64,000 bases of DNA. It comes from an uncultured Eubacteriaceae bacterium (GTDB lineage: Bacteria > Bacillota > Clostridia > Lachnospirales > Lachnospiraceae). The notes beneath the pieces were generated by a model. That model made no database searches. It had not been told where the DNA came from and was given only the letters and a program-made list of their open reading frames with translations. The stretch covers positions 1,807-65,806 of the forward strand of contig CAMEUH010000001.1 in the NCBI GenBank assembly GCA_945938055.1. Direction: 5' to 3'. Made by a program: the position numbers and the translations under genes. Every line of letters starts with the position of its first letter. Positions within the stretch are counted from its first letter, which is position 1. This document shows positions 49,323-59,686 of the stretch, in pieces.

Positions 49323-51200
49323 CTAACCCTTTTGCTCTGCAATCTTTTCCGCCAGTTCATTCAGATATACCCAGCGTTCCATTTTTTCATCCAGTGCAGC
49401 TTCCACGATTGCCTTTTCCTTCATCAGCTCATTCAGTTTTCCGGAATCCGTTGCAAATTTCATGATATCATTATCAATCTGCGACTGTTTTTCCTCCAGC
49501 TTTGCGATTTCATCTTCAATGGAGTCGAACTCTTTCTGCTCCGAATAAGAAAATTTCAATTTCTGCTGACGTTGCTTATCCGCTTTCCATTTTTCCTTTG
49601 AACTCATCTCGTTGCCTGCGTCTTTCACATTGCCGAAATTTCCTTCCGGGTCGTTTTGCCCAGTACGATTAATCAGAGTTCCTTCCTTATTTATAATACC
49701 TTTTTCCTGTGCTTTCTCCAGATAATCACTAAAGCCGCCTTCATACTGTGAAATAACACCATCACCTTCAAAGGCAAAAATCCGGTCCACCACCCGGTCC
49801 AAAAAATAGCGGTCATGGGAAACCGTAATCACCATACCCACAAAATTATCCAGATAATCCTCCAGAATTGTCAGTGTTTCAATGTCTAAATCATTCGTAG
49901 GCTCATCCAGAATCAATACATTTGGAGATTCCATCAGGACGCTTAACAAATATAGCCTTCTTTTCTCGCCGCCGGACAATTTACTGATTGGAGTATACTG
50001 CATGTCCGGAGTAAATAAGAACCGCTCACACATTTGAGACGCCGTAATTCTTCCATCTACCGTCGCAACATACTCTCCTATATTCTTCACATGCTCAATC
50101 ACATTGATATTTTCATCTAAAATCTCATTTTCCTGCATGAAACAGCCAATTTTAATCGTTTCACCAATCTCCACCGTTCCCGAATCCGGCTGGATTTTTC
50201 CGGAAATAATCTTTATAAGAGTTGATTTTCCACAACCGTTGGGACCAATAATTCCAATCCGTTCATCCCTAAGTACAATATGTGAAAAATCACGAATCAG
50301 TATTCTGTCGCCGTATCTCTTGGAAACATGATTCACTTCAATGGTTTTCTTTCCGATTCTTGTGGAAATAGAACTCATTTCCACACTGCCTTTTTCAAAA
50401 GAGGCTCTTGCCGCTCTTGACTCTGCTTTCATATCCTCATAACGGTCAATTCTTGCCTGCTGCTTGGTAGAGCGAGCCTGACATCCGCGGCTAATCCATG
50501 CAAGTTCCCTGCGCAGCATATTCTGGCGTTTTTTCTCCGTCGCCTGTGCCATTTCCTCCCGCTCAGCCTTTCGTGCAAGAAAACCGGAATAATTTACATC
50601 ATAGCAGTATATTTTAGCCCGGTCTATTTCCACAATCCTGTTTGTCACCCGATCCAGAAAATAGCGGTCATGCGTTACCATGATAAGCTGTCCCTTAAAT
50701 TTATTTAAATAGCCTTCCAGCCATAATACCATCTCATTGTCCAGATGATTCGTCGGTTCATCCATCACAAGAATATCCGATGGTGCAATTAATGTCTGTG
50801 CCAGTGCAACCCGCTTTTTTTGCCCACCCGACAACTCTTCAATCCGCTGTTCATGATTAGTAATACCAAGCCGGTTCAGCACAACCTTTGCTTCACTTTC
50901 AATACTGCGGTTTCCATCCTTATAACTCTTTCCTTTACACACGTATGAAAGAATGGTATCCTATGGCTCAAATACCGGATTCTGCGGAAGATAAGACACC
51001 GTAATTCCGGTGCCCTTCACCACATTTCCATAATCCGGTTGTTCCAGTCCTGCCACAATTTTAAGAAAAGTGGATTTTCCCGTACCATTCCTTCCGATTA
51101 CTCCGATTTTATCTCCATCATTTACTCCCAGTGTCACTTCGTCCAGCAATATTCTGTTTCCGTATCCCTTTGTAACCTTCTCAACATTTAAAATATTCAT
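49323..51200 (-). pseudogene. ABC-F family ATPase interrupted by an in-frame TAG (50961-50963)
   Basis: The 79-aa N-terminal ORF (GRNGTGKST...LPQNPVFEP) and the 539-aa ORF are in the same frame, separated only by TAG. The continuation DTILSYV...LSGGQKKRVALA is the rest of ABC domain 1. A second ABC domain and a C-terminal coiled coil are present. Confidence 0.8.
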
Positions 51201-51203
51201 ATA

Positions 51204-51533
51204 CTATTTTCGCTTCTTATTCTTTCTCTGTTTTTCCTTATATTTCTTGATGGCTGTTTTTGCCGCAATTTTTTCCAGTTTCACCTTCCGTTTCAGCTTT
51301 AAAAGTTTGAAATGATATTCTGTTTTTGCCAGCTTACGTGCATCCTTCAGCAAAGCTTTCTTCATTTTTTCGCTACGCTTTACCTCCTGTTTTGCCGCTC
51401 TTTCTGAAATCTTAAGCTTCTGCTTGATTTCCTTGTCAATCACCTTCCCGGCAAAAATGACACATAACACTACCTGAATCATGATAATAAGCTGTTCCTG
51501 ATATTTTCTGACAATTGTTCTCACTTTTTCCAT
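51204..51533 (-). CDS. Small single-TM protein with an extremely Lys-rich tail
   Basis: ATG 51533 overlaps the methyltransferase stop (TGATG). TM LIIMIQVVLCVIFAG, then ~75 aa that look roughly 40% Lys by eye. Confidence 0.6.
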   Translation of the reverse strand: MEKVRTIVRKYQEQLIIMIQVVLCVIFAGKVIDKEIKQKLKISERAAKQEVKRSEKMKKALLKDARKLAKTEYHFKLLKLKRKVKLEKIAAKTAIKKYKEKQRKNKKRK

Positions 51534-52456
51534 CAGCGTTTCTCCCATCTTCCTGAGGCTCCGCAAGGAAGCACCAGACCATTACTTGATACCGGAAGCC
51601 CTACTTCATCAGAAGTAACCGTTCCTTTGAATTTCTTTAATTCCGTTGCCAGCATGTATGTCAGTACCGACGGTGCCAGTCCCGTGGTATACGAATTAAT
51701 CAGGAAAAACAACGGATCATCCGATAAAAGCTGTACACACAGTTTAATCAAAGGATGAATACAATCCTCTATTTTCCAGATTTCTCCTTTTGGTCCCCTT
51801 CCATAAGAAGGCGGATCCATAATAATGGCATCGTAATGATTCCCACGTCGGATTTCTCTTTCCACAAACTTCACACAGTCATCCACGATCCATCGGATTG
51901 GCGCCTCGGAAAGTCCTGAAGATGCTGCATTTTCCTTTGCCCATCCAACCATTCCCTTGGATGCATCCACATGCGTTACAGCAGCTCCGGCGCTTGCCGC
52001 TGCCAGTGTAGCTCCTCCGGTATATGCAAATAGATTCAGTACCTTAACCGACCTGCCCGTATTTTTAATTTCAGTGCGAATCTTATTTCCAAACCATTCC
52101 CAGTTTGCTGCCTGCTCCGGAAAAAGTCCGGTGTGCTTAAAGCTAAACGGCTTCAGATGAAATGTCAATTCCTTATAATGAATGGACCACTGCTGCGGCA
52201 AATCAAAAAACTCCCACTCGCCTCCGCCTTTTGCACTTCTATGATAATGCCCATTCATCTTTTTCCAGCCTTTATGTGTCTTCGGAGTATCCCAGATAAC
52301 CTGTGGATCCGGACGAACCAGAATATAATCTCCCCAGCGCTCCAGCTTTTCTCCTTTTGATGTATCTATTACTTCATATTCCTTCCATCCATCTGCAATC
52401 CACATCGGTTGTTCCTCCAAATATTCACGAAAATACCGTCTTGTACTCTGCATCAT
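51533..52456 (-). CDS. Class I SAM-dependent methyltransferase, RlmI/YwbD-like (COG1092-type)
   Basis: VLNLFAYTGGATLAAASAGA motif I and IIMDPPSYG motif IV. Confidence 0.8.
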   Translation of the reverse strand: MMQSTRRYFREYLEEQPMWIADGWKEYEVIDTSKGEKLERWGDYILVRPDPQVIWDTPKTHKGWKKMNGHYHRSAKGGGEWEFFDLPQQWSIHYKELTFHLKPFSFKHTGLFPEQAANWEWFGNKIRTEIKNTGRSVKVLNLFAYTGGATLAAASAGAAVTHVDASKGMVGWAKENAASSGLSEAPIRWIVDDCVKFVEREIRRGNHYDAIIMDPPSYGRGPKGEIWKIEDCIHPLIKLCVQLLSDDPLFFLINSYTTGLAPSVLTYMLATELKKFKGTVTSDEVGLPVSSNGLVLPCGASGRWEKR

Positions 52457-52552
52457 GGGTACAAAAAACGGCTATGATACTATATATAATACCATAGCCG
52501 TAAATCTTTTTGAAGTATTCTTCTGTTCCAGATTCTATTTTATTACGTTTTC

Positions 52553-53482
52553 TTAAGACTCCTCAATGATTTTAAAAAGAACTGTATTATTATAAGTCAT
52601 TGGTGTATCATGGGCAAAAAAGACCGTACCGGAACACGGTGCCATTACCCTCTCCTTAATATTTCCTTCATACGGATCAATAATATATGCCATCAGTTCT
52701 CCCTTCTGAACGCTTTTGTTCACCTGGGCAAAACCTTCAAAAATACCGGCATTTTTGGATTTCACCGGTACCATTTCATTTTCATTAATTACTCTGGAAA
52801 TATATCCGTCATGTCCCTGATACTCCAGAATTCCCTCTTTATCCAGGAAATTCAGCACTGCACGGACCGCCTGCATTGCATTATCAATATCCAGCTTATC
52901 CGTTTCACTGGTGTAAATCGAAAATGACTGTCCATTCCAGATTTGCCAGTTATAATTTAATGTAGTAGTATCATAAGGTTTTGGATCACGAATCACCACA
53001 TATGGAAGACCAAATTCCTTTGCCAGCTCCTTCTTCTCATAACCGGTACGCATCATTCTTACATGTGGAATAAATTCCCCCGGCATGTAGAAGCTTGCAA
53101 ACTGAATTCCTATCTTATAGTCCTGAATGGTATCAAACAGTCCTGCAGCAATCCTCTGTGTGGTTTCTCCCTGATTGTATCCTGGGAACATACGGTTAAT
53201 ATCAGTATTATCAATTGGATAAAATCTCTTATTGATATTAATGGAATAAGTATTTACACAGGGAACTACCATGACAGACTTTCCTTCCTTTATCTTCCCT
53301 GCCTTTTCAATCTCCTTTAGTGCCTTAACCAGCTGTGCACATGCATATAACTGCTGCACTTCATTTCCTCTTATGGCACCTACAACGCATGCCGATTTTT
53401 CTCCTTTGCCAAAGATATATCCCTTGATTCTGAGATTATCCCTGTAGATTGAACTTAACTCATACAAAATCTTTTTTCTCAT
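52553..53482 (-). CDS. AstE/AspA (succinylglutamate desuccinylase/aspartoacylase) family paralog lacking the metal-ligand His residues
   Basis: Appears collinear with its neighbour by eye, but has GAIRGNEVQQ where the partner has GTHGDELEG, and IQFASF where the partner has VDIHAS. ATG 53482 follows GGTGG. Confidence 0.7.
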   Translation of the reverse strand: MRKKILYELSSIYRDNLRIKGYIFGKGEKSACVVGAIRGNEVQQLYACAQLVKALKEIEKAGKIKEGKSVMVVPCVNTYSININKRFYPIDNTDINRMFPGYNQGETTQRIAAGLFDTIQDYKIGIQFASFYMPGEFIPHVRMMRTGYEKKELAKEFGLPYVVIRDPKPYDTTTLNYNWQIWNGQSFSIYTSETDKLDIDNAMQAVRAVLNFLDKEGILEYQGHDGYISRVINENEMVPVKSKNAGIFEGFAQVNKSVQKGELMAYIIDPYEGNIKERVMAPCSGTVFFAHDTPMTYNNTVLFKIIEES

Positions 53483-53491
53483 GTCCGCCAC

Positions 53492-54427
53492 CTACATTTC
53501 CAATATTCTTGCAATCAGGGAACCTTTATTCACAACCGGATATTCCCTTAAGGTAAAGACCAGTCCGTTCACCGGGGACAGAATAGAATTCAGAATCCTT
53601 CCATTCAGTGGGTCTATAATATTTCCAATCAGTTCATCCTTTTTTATCCTATTGGAGTGAACAACTTCCGGAACAAAGATTCCTGATTCCGGGGCATTAA
53701 TAAAGCTAACCATTCCATCCTTTGATACAATCGGTTTCTTTGGCTTAATCACTTTTCCATCCCAAATACCTAGTTTCTTCATCAGGACAAAAATTCCATC
53801 TACCAGTTGATCTCCATATTCTCTCGTCAGCCGCATTCCAACTCCCTGTTCCACAACCAGCATCGGTGTTCCGGTACTGTTAAGAGAATACGCAAGCGTC
53901 GATTCCAGAACAGTTGCTGCACTATGTACCCAGACATAATCAATATTCAGCAGTTTCGCATATGGAACCAGCTTTCTTCGATCTTTTTCATTAATACGCA
54001 CCTGCGGAATTTCCTTTAAGAAAATATTACTTGCATGAATATCCACACACATATCCGATCCAGACAAATCCTCCACAATTCCAGCAGCAATATACTCCGG
54101 CATCGCACCAGATTCCGTATTGCCTGGAAAAATCCGGTTCATGTCCAGGTCAAATCCCGGAACTCCTCTTGTAATGGAATCAATTCCCAATGGATTTAAT
54201 GCCGGATAAATATCCACAATTCCCTTAAGATGTTCTTTCCCCTCCTGGATTCTTCTTTGCAGCTCGTAACATACATACTGCCCCTCCAGTTCATCTCCGT
54301 GTGTCCCCGTAACAATACTGATTCTTTTTTCATCTCCGCATAGCCCAGCCTCCGGAATCAGCCTGTTTTTATATATTTTCAATTTCTCGTCTACGGGAAG
54401 CTCCACTTCCGCCACAACATGTACCAT
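53492..54427 (-). CDS. AstE/AspA family zinc deacylase/carboxypeptidase-like protein
   Basis: VTGTHGDELEG (HxxE) and CVDIHAS motifs. ATG 54427 follows AGGAGGG. Confidence 0.75.
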   Translation of the reverse strand: MVHVVAEVELPVDEKLKIYKNRLIPEAGLCGDEKRISIVTGTHGDELEGQYVCYELQRRIQEGKEHLKGIVDIYPALNPLGIDSITRGVPGFDLDMNRIFPGNTESGAMPEYIAAGIVEDLSGSDMCVDIHASNIFLKEIPQVRINEKDRRKLVPYAKLLNIDYVWVHSAATVLESTLAYSLNSTGTPMLVVEQGVGMRLTREYGDQLVDGIFVLMKKLGIWDGKVIKPKKPIVSKDGMVSFINAPESGIFVPEVVHSNRIKKDELIGNIIDPLNGRILNSILSPVNGLVFTLREYPVVNKGSLIARILEM

Positions 54428-54463
54428 ATTTTTCCCTCCTGCTTCCAAAAAAAATGGCAGAAG

Positions 54464-55246
54464 CTATTCTGCTTCCACCACCACACTTATTTTCTGATGT
54501 TCAACGGCATTACCCACATAGATTCCCTTGTTGATAATACAGTCACCATAATCTCTTCCATGTGAAATCTTTACATAGTCCTCCGATACGAGAAGATTAT
54601 TTGTTGCATCCAGCCCATACCACCGTCCCTGACTGAAAACCTCGGTCCATGCATGGGACAAGCCTTCTCCTACCATCATTCCCACAACATAACGGCATGG
54701 TATCCCGGCAATCCGAAGAAGCGATAACAGGATATGGGTATAATCCTGACAGACTCCACTCCCCTTTTGCAGTGCCTCTTCTGCCGTGGTATAAATATCG
54801 GTTACATCCTTTTCATAACGAAATGTCTGATGAAGTTTTCTCATCAGATGAAGAGCGCGTTCATAATCACTTACATCTCCCGGCAATTCATTCTGACGGT
54901 AAAATTCACGGATACATTCCCCCGGCAGGGTATAAGGCGACTGATTCCTAAAGATAATATTCTGTGAATCATCATTTCCGGTATACTCTTCCATTCCGGT
55001 CTGTGCAACACCCTGTACCAGCACATCAAAGTTTTTATGTTCATTCAGGCAATTTCCAATCAGCATTTCATTAGAAAAAGCATCCCTCTCTCTCGAAAGA
55101 TACTGATATGGTGTAACACGAACATCCAAAGTCTGAATCTTCTGCCTGCAATCCGACTGCGGTATGCACTTTAATGAAAAATAATGTTCCCTTATCGGTA
55201 AATCATACGAATACGTCATTTCATAATGAAAGCGTAATAATTTCAT
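54464..55246 (-). CDS. Transglutaminase-like cysteine protease family protein
   Basis: GVCQDYTHILLSLLRIAGIPCRYVVG (Cys), SHAWTEVF (His) and GLDATN (Asp). Confidence 0.85.
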   Translation of the reverse strand: MKLLRFHYEMTYSYDLPIREHYFSLKCIPQSDCRQKIQTLDVRVTPYQYLSRERDAFSNEMLIGNCLNEHKNFDVLVQGVAQTGMEEYTGNDDSQNIIFRNQSPYTLPGECIREFYRQNELPGDVSDYERALHLMRKLHQTFRYEKDVTDIYTTAEEALQKGSGVCQDYTHILLSLLRIAGIPCRYVVGMMVGEGLSHAWTEVFSQGRWYGLDATNNLLVSEDYVKISHGRDYGDCIINKGIYVGNAVEHQKISVVVEAE

Positions 55247-55911
55247 AATTTCACAATATTCTCCAACTTTAATATGGCTTCGGAATAGTTTATTTTATTT
55301 TCTGTAATTGCCTGTTCCAGATAGGATATCACAGTCTTATCATAGGAAAGACCGGTCAGCTCCATCCTGGATTTCAGTTTGGCAAATTCTCTCTCCAGCA
55401 TTGAAACCGGACGTTCAAATCGTAAATACAAATCCAGCCGTTCTATTCTTCTGCCAGCTTTTATTATACTACGAATTTGGCGGTCGTCAATGGAATCATC
55501 CACATATCCCCAGAATGCCAGAATATAATCAATTACCTCCTGCAATTCCAGTAGTGGTGCCTCAGAATATCTCGCCGCCTTCATACAGGAAAGGGCAAGC
55601 TCCACATAAGAAATTGTTTCCGTTCCAATGACATCCCTCATAACCATGGCATTATCATATGTTCTTGTCAGGTTGCTGATAATCGAATCCACATTTTTCT
55701 CATCAAAGGGATATTTATTGATAAACTCCATTTTAGAGCCGTACACATCCGGAATATCCAGCATGCTGCATAATTCCTTATAGGAGTCCTCCGACTCGTC
55801 AATCATTCTGTCATATCCCACAAAAAATTCACGCAGAGTTGTATAAACTCTCTCATTATACCTTCCCAGCCAATAAAGACCGCTTGCCTTTTCTAACGCA
55901 ATAATACCCAT
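55243..55911 (-). CDS. Alpha-E domain protein (short, 222 aa)
   Basis: N-terminal ASGLYWLGRYNERV is typical of the alpha-E (COG2307-type) family. ATGA overlap with the transglutaminase gene. Confidence 0.7.
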   Translation of the reverse strand: MGIIALEKASGLYWLGRYNERVYTTLREFFVGYDRMIDESEDSYKELCSMLDIPDVYGSKMEFINKYPFDEKNVDSIISNLTRTYDNAMVMRDVIGTETISYVELALSCMKAARYSEAPLLELQEVIDYILAFWGYVDDSIDDRQIRSIIKAGRRIERLDLYLRFERPVSMLEREFAKLKSRMELTGLSYDKTVISYLEQAITENKINYSEAILKLENIVKL

Positions 55912-57206
55912 GTGTCTTTAAATCCTCCTCCCTGTGATGAATTCACTACAAATGAATCCGGATTTCTGGAAAATCTGGTAAGGCCACTCTTCCACACCTT
56001 TACTTCTTTTCCCGTCAGAACAAATGCTCTTAAATCTGCCTTTCTAGGAACCCGTTCTCCATTTTCCATGATATCAATATCAATAAAATCTATGACTTCC
56101 TGTGCAATAAACCTTCTTGGTTCACTCTTTACCAGATTGATGAAATCCTCTTTTTTCTGTCCCTCAAGATCTTTTCCAAATACTACGCCGTAACCACCGG
56201 CCTCTGCCACATCCTTAATAACCAGATTATCAAAATTCTCAAGAACATATTTCTTGTCTTCCTCATAAAAAGGCAGATATGTAGGTGCATTATTCAATAT
56301 GGATTTTTCGTTCAAATAATACTCAATCATTTTCGGAACAAAATAATAAATTCCCTTGTCGTCGGCAATCCCATTTCCAGGCGCATTAAGCAGTGCCACA
56401 TTTCCCTTCTTAAAAGCAGAATATAAATGCGGAACTCCAATGACCGAATCAGCACAGAAATTCATCGGGTCCAGGTATTCATCGGAAATTCTTCGGTAAA
56501 CTGCACCAACCTTCTGTTTTTCATCATTACAGCCTATGTAATAAAGGTAATCATCCTCCACAATCAATTCCTGCCCCGTGGCCAGAATAGAACCTGTCTT
56601 TTCTGCCAGAAAGGAATGCTCAAAATATGCCGCATTATACCGACCCGGTGTCAGAATGACATTAATTCCTCCCGTATTCACATAATCCATGACTTCTTTT
56701 AGCAGTGCTGCATAATTCCTGTTATCCGCAACCGGAATATCATGAAATGTACTCGGACTTGCCCTGCGGCATAAATTTCTTGCTATCATCGGATACGATG
56801 CTCCGGAAGGGACTCTCAAGTTATCCTCCAGCACATACCACGTCTTGTCCTTTGCCTGAACTAGGTCAATGCCGGAAATGTGACTGTAAATTGCCTTCGG
56901 CGGTAACGCGCCCTCGCACTCTGCCATATAGCCGGAGGAAGAAAAAATAAATTCCTCCGGTATGACTCCATCCTTCACGATATTCTTTTCTCCATAAATA
57001 TCCGCAAGAAAACGATTCAATGCTGTGACACGTTGAATCAATCCTCTTTCCAGGTAATCAAACTCCTCTTTTTCAATTACTCTGGGAATGGAATCAAAAG
57101 GAAACAGCTGCTCCTTAAATGTACCATTTTTGTAGATGCCAAACTTTACACCATAGCGTTCTAACAGCTTATTGACTGCATCTGACTGGTTAAACAATTG
57201 TTTCAT
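55893..57206 (-). CDS. Circularly permuted type-2 ATP-grasp protein (COG2308-type)
   Basis: 437 aa. Matches are PRVIEKEEFDYLERGLIQRVTALNRFLADIY, a GIDLV...WYVLEDNLRVPSGASY core, and a downstream PGNGIADDK motif. Confidence 0.75.
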   Translation of the reverse strand: MKQLFNQSDAVNKLLERYGVKFGIYKNGTFKEQLFPFDSIPRVIEKEEFDYLERGLIQRVTALNRFLADIYGEKNIVKDGVIPEEFIFSSSGYMAECEGALPPKAIYSHISGIDLVQAKDKTWYVLEDNLRVPSGASYPMIARNLCRRASPSTFHDIPVADNRNYAALLKEVMDYVNTGGINVILTPGRYNAAYFEHSFLAEKTGSILATGQELIVEDDYLYYIGCNDEKQKVGAVYRRISDEYLDPMNFCADSVIGVPHLYSAFKKGNVALLNAPGNGIADDKGIYYFVPKMIEYYLNEKSILNNAPTYLPFYEEDKKYVLENFDNLVIKDVAEAGGYGVVFGKDLEGQKKEDFINLVKSEPRRFIAQEVIDFIDIDIMENGERVPRKADLRAFVLTGKEVKVWKSGLTRFSRNPDSFVVNSSQGGGFKDTWVLLR

Positions 57207-57251
57207 GTTACCTCATCCCTTTCCTCTTTTCTCTCTTTAAAGATACCGGAA

Positions 57252-57291
57252 TAAAAAAAATAAAGCGCCATAAGTCTATACTTATAGCGCC
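57252..57291 (-). terminator. Rho-independent terminator after the PPTase gene
   Basis: Minus strand GGCGCTATAAG-loop-CTTATGGCGC followed by TTTATTTTTTTT. Confidence 0.75.
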
Positions 57292-57342
57292 TTTGCCCAT
57301 TAATTAATAATATTAATTTATAGGGGTATTATAATTCAGAAA

Positions 57343-57915
57343 TTAATATATGTCAACGGGAATATTAATTTTTTTCTCCGCCGCAATGGATATCAAAAAA
57401 TGTTCTTTATCATGAACCACTTCATGTCTTCCCACAATCAGACGATTTTCCAGTGAATCCATCTGATTTAACTCCCTTATAATCCCGTCACCACTCATTT
57501 TAACGAGACTTTCCTTAGCAGTCCAGACACGAAAAAAGAATTCATCTTTGTCCTCAGCCTGCTCCAGTTTCTGTAACTCCAATCCAGTCATTACTCTCTT
57601 GGCAACATTTTCCCGGTATGGTCTTACATTCTCCACGTCAATACCCAGACAAAATATTTTTGAAACCGCACATGCTGCCATTCCTTTGCAATGACTGATG
57701 TTAAACTGCACACCAGAGTCCACAAAAAATGGTTTCCCATGAATTCCTTTTTCGATGTGAAGTTTCTCTGTATTTTCCTTATAAAAATCCCACACCACAT
57801 TTCTCAGAAGTTCATATGCCTGCTCATGTTCGTGTGAATAGCAATGTTCCTGACCCAGGAGAACATATGCCGCCACGATATCATCATCTCTTATAATCTG
57901 ATAATTCATTCTCAA
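57343..57915 (-). CDS. 4'-phosphopantetheinyl transferase (Sfp type)
   Basis: GKPFF...FNISHCKGMAACAV, GIDVE and WTAKESLVKMSG motifs. Confidence 0.8.
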   Translation of the reverse strand: MRMNYQIIRDDDIVAAYVLLGQEHCYSHEHEQAYELLRNVVWDFYKENTEKLHIEKGIHGKPFFVDSGVQFNISHCKGMAACAVSKIFCLGIDVENVRPYRENVAKRVMTGLELQKLEQAEDKDEFFFRVWTAKESLVKMSGDGIIRELNQMDSLENRLIVGRHEVVHDKEHFLISIAAEKKINIPVDIY

Positions 57916-57942
57916 ATCTCTTCCCGGATTGCAATCAATCTT

Positions 57943-59613
57943 TTAAAACAATCCCGTAATCTTACCGGATTCATCCACATCCACCTGTTCTGCCGCCGGA
58001 GTTTTCGGAAGTCCCGGCATGGTCATGATGGTTCCTGTGATTGCCACGATAAATCCTGCTCCTGCAGAAACATATACCTCACGAACATGAATATCAAAAT
58101 TCTCCGGACGTCCCAGCTTATTCGGGTCATCTGAAAGAGAATACTGGTTTTTTGCCATGCAGACCGGAAGATTTCCAAAACCAAGCTCCATAATTCTCTC
58201 CAGTGCCTTCTTTGCCGCCGGCTCCAGAACAACGTCTGCTGCTCCATAAATCTCTCTTGCAATCTTTTGAATCTTGTCATAAAGACTCATTTCATCCTCA
58301 TAGAGCACCTTAAAATGACTCTCCTTGTTCTCCAAGGTGTACAATACCTTTTCTGCAAGATTCTTTCCGCCATTTCCGCCCTCTGCCCATACATCGGAAA
58401 GTGCGAATTCACAACCTCTTTCCTCGCAGAACTTCTGTATATAATCAAGTTCTGCCTGCGTATCTGACACAAAATGATTCAATGTCACAACAACCGGAAC
58501 CCCGAATTTCTGTAGATTTTCGATATGCTTTTCAAGATTGACAATGCCCTTCTTTAACGCCTCCAGATTTTCTGTTGAAAGCTCTGCCTTAGGGACTCCA
58601 CCATTATATTTTAACGCACGAACCGTTGCAACCAGTACAACTGCATCCGGTTTTAAGCCTGCTTTACGACACTTAATATCAAAGAATTTCTCTGCTCCAA
58701 GATCCGCTCCAAAGCCGGCTTCCGTAACTACATAATCTGCAAGCTTCATCGCCATCTTGGTTGCACGAATACTGTTACATCCATGCGCAATATTTGCAAA
58801 AGGACCTCCATGCACGATTGCCGGTGTATTTTCCAGAGTCTGAATTAAATTTGGCTTGATGGCATCCTTTAGAAGTGCCGCCATGGCACCAACTGCCTTA
58901 AGGTCGGCTGCCGTTACCGGCTTTCCGCTCCTGGTATATGCCACGATAATCTTTGCAAGACGTTCCTTTAAATCCTGCATATCCTCTGCCAGGCAAAGAA
59001 TTGCCATGATTTCCGATGCAACAGTAATGATGAAATGATCCTCTCTTACAAATCCATCCGTCTTATTGCCAAGACCCACAACCACATTTCGCAGAACTCT
59101 GTCATTCATGTCCAGACATCTCTTCCATACAATCTGACGTGTATCAATATCCAATGCATTTCCCTGCTGGATATGATTATCTAACATTGCCGCCAGCAGA
59201 TTGTTAGCAGAAGTGATTGCATGAAAATCCCCTGTAAAATGAAGATTCAGTTCATCCATTGGCACCACCTGTGCATACCCGCCTCCCGCAGCACCACCTT
59301 TCACACCAAAACAAGGTCCCAGAGACGGTTCCCGCAGAGCAATAACAGCCTTTTTCCCGAGCTTACATAAAGCTTCTCCAAGTCCCACACTCACCGTTGT
59401 CTTTCCTTCTCCCGCCGGTGTTGGATTAATTGCTGTAACCAAAATCAGCTTACCATCCGGGTTCTTCTGAATCCTCTCAGAAAGTTCATCGGAAAGCTTT
59501 GCCTTGTACTTTCCATACAGTTCCAGTTCATCCTCCGTAATGTCCAGCTGTGCTGCTACATCCTTAATCGGAATCATTTTTGCTTCCTGTGCAATTTCAA
59601 TATCTGTCTTCAT
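57943..59613 (-). CDS. fhs: Formate--tetrahydrofolate ligase
   Basis: [15 protein letters not shown]-loop, 556 aa, recognisable along its full length. Confidence 0.97.
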   Translation of the reverse strand: MKTDIEIAQEAKMIPIKDVAAQLDITEDELELYGKYKAKLSDELSERIQKNPDGKLILVTAINPTPAGEGKTTVSVGLGEALCKLGKKAVIALREPSLGPCFGVKGGAAGGGYAQVVPMDELNLHFTGDFHAITSANNLLAAMLDNHIQQGNALDIDTRQIVWKRCLDMNDRVLRNVVVGLGNKTDGFVREDHFIITVASEIMAILCLAEDMQDLKERLAKIIVAYTRSGKPVTAADLKAVGAMAALLKDAIKPNLIQTLENTPAIVHGGPFANIAHGCNSIRATKMAMKLADYVVTEAGFGADLGAEKFFDIKCRKAGLKPDAVVLVATVRALKYNGGVPKAELSTENLEALKKGIVNLEKHIENLQKFGVPVVVTLNHFVSDTQAELDYIQKFCEERGCEFALSDVWAEGGNGGKNLAEKVLYTLENKESHFKVLYEDEMSLYDKIQKIAREIYGAADVVLEPAAKKALERIMELGFGNLPVCMAKNQYSLSDDPNKLGRPENFDIHVREVYVSAGAGFIVAITGTIMTMPGLPKTPAAEQVDVDESGKITGLF

Positions 59614-59651
59614 AATTCCTCATCCTTTCGCATCATTTCCGGTATTTAAGT

Positions 59652-59686
59652 AAAATAAGGCGTACTGGCAGAAAAACCAGTACGCC
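59652..59686 (-). terminator. Intrinsic terminator forming the glycine riboswitch expression platform
   Basis: Minus strand GGCGTACTGG-loop-CCAGTACGCC followed by TTATTTT, directly abutting aptamer 2. Confidence 0.8.

Noticed and set aside
50961-50963. In-frame TAG as pyrrolysine or programmed read-through
   Set aside because: No pyl genes, suppressor tRNA or recoding signal is visible in this window. A nonsense mutation or sequencing error is the simpler explanation. It is kept as a finding to be checked, not as a claim.
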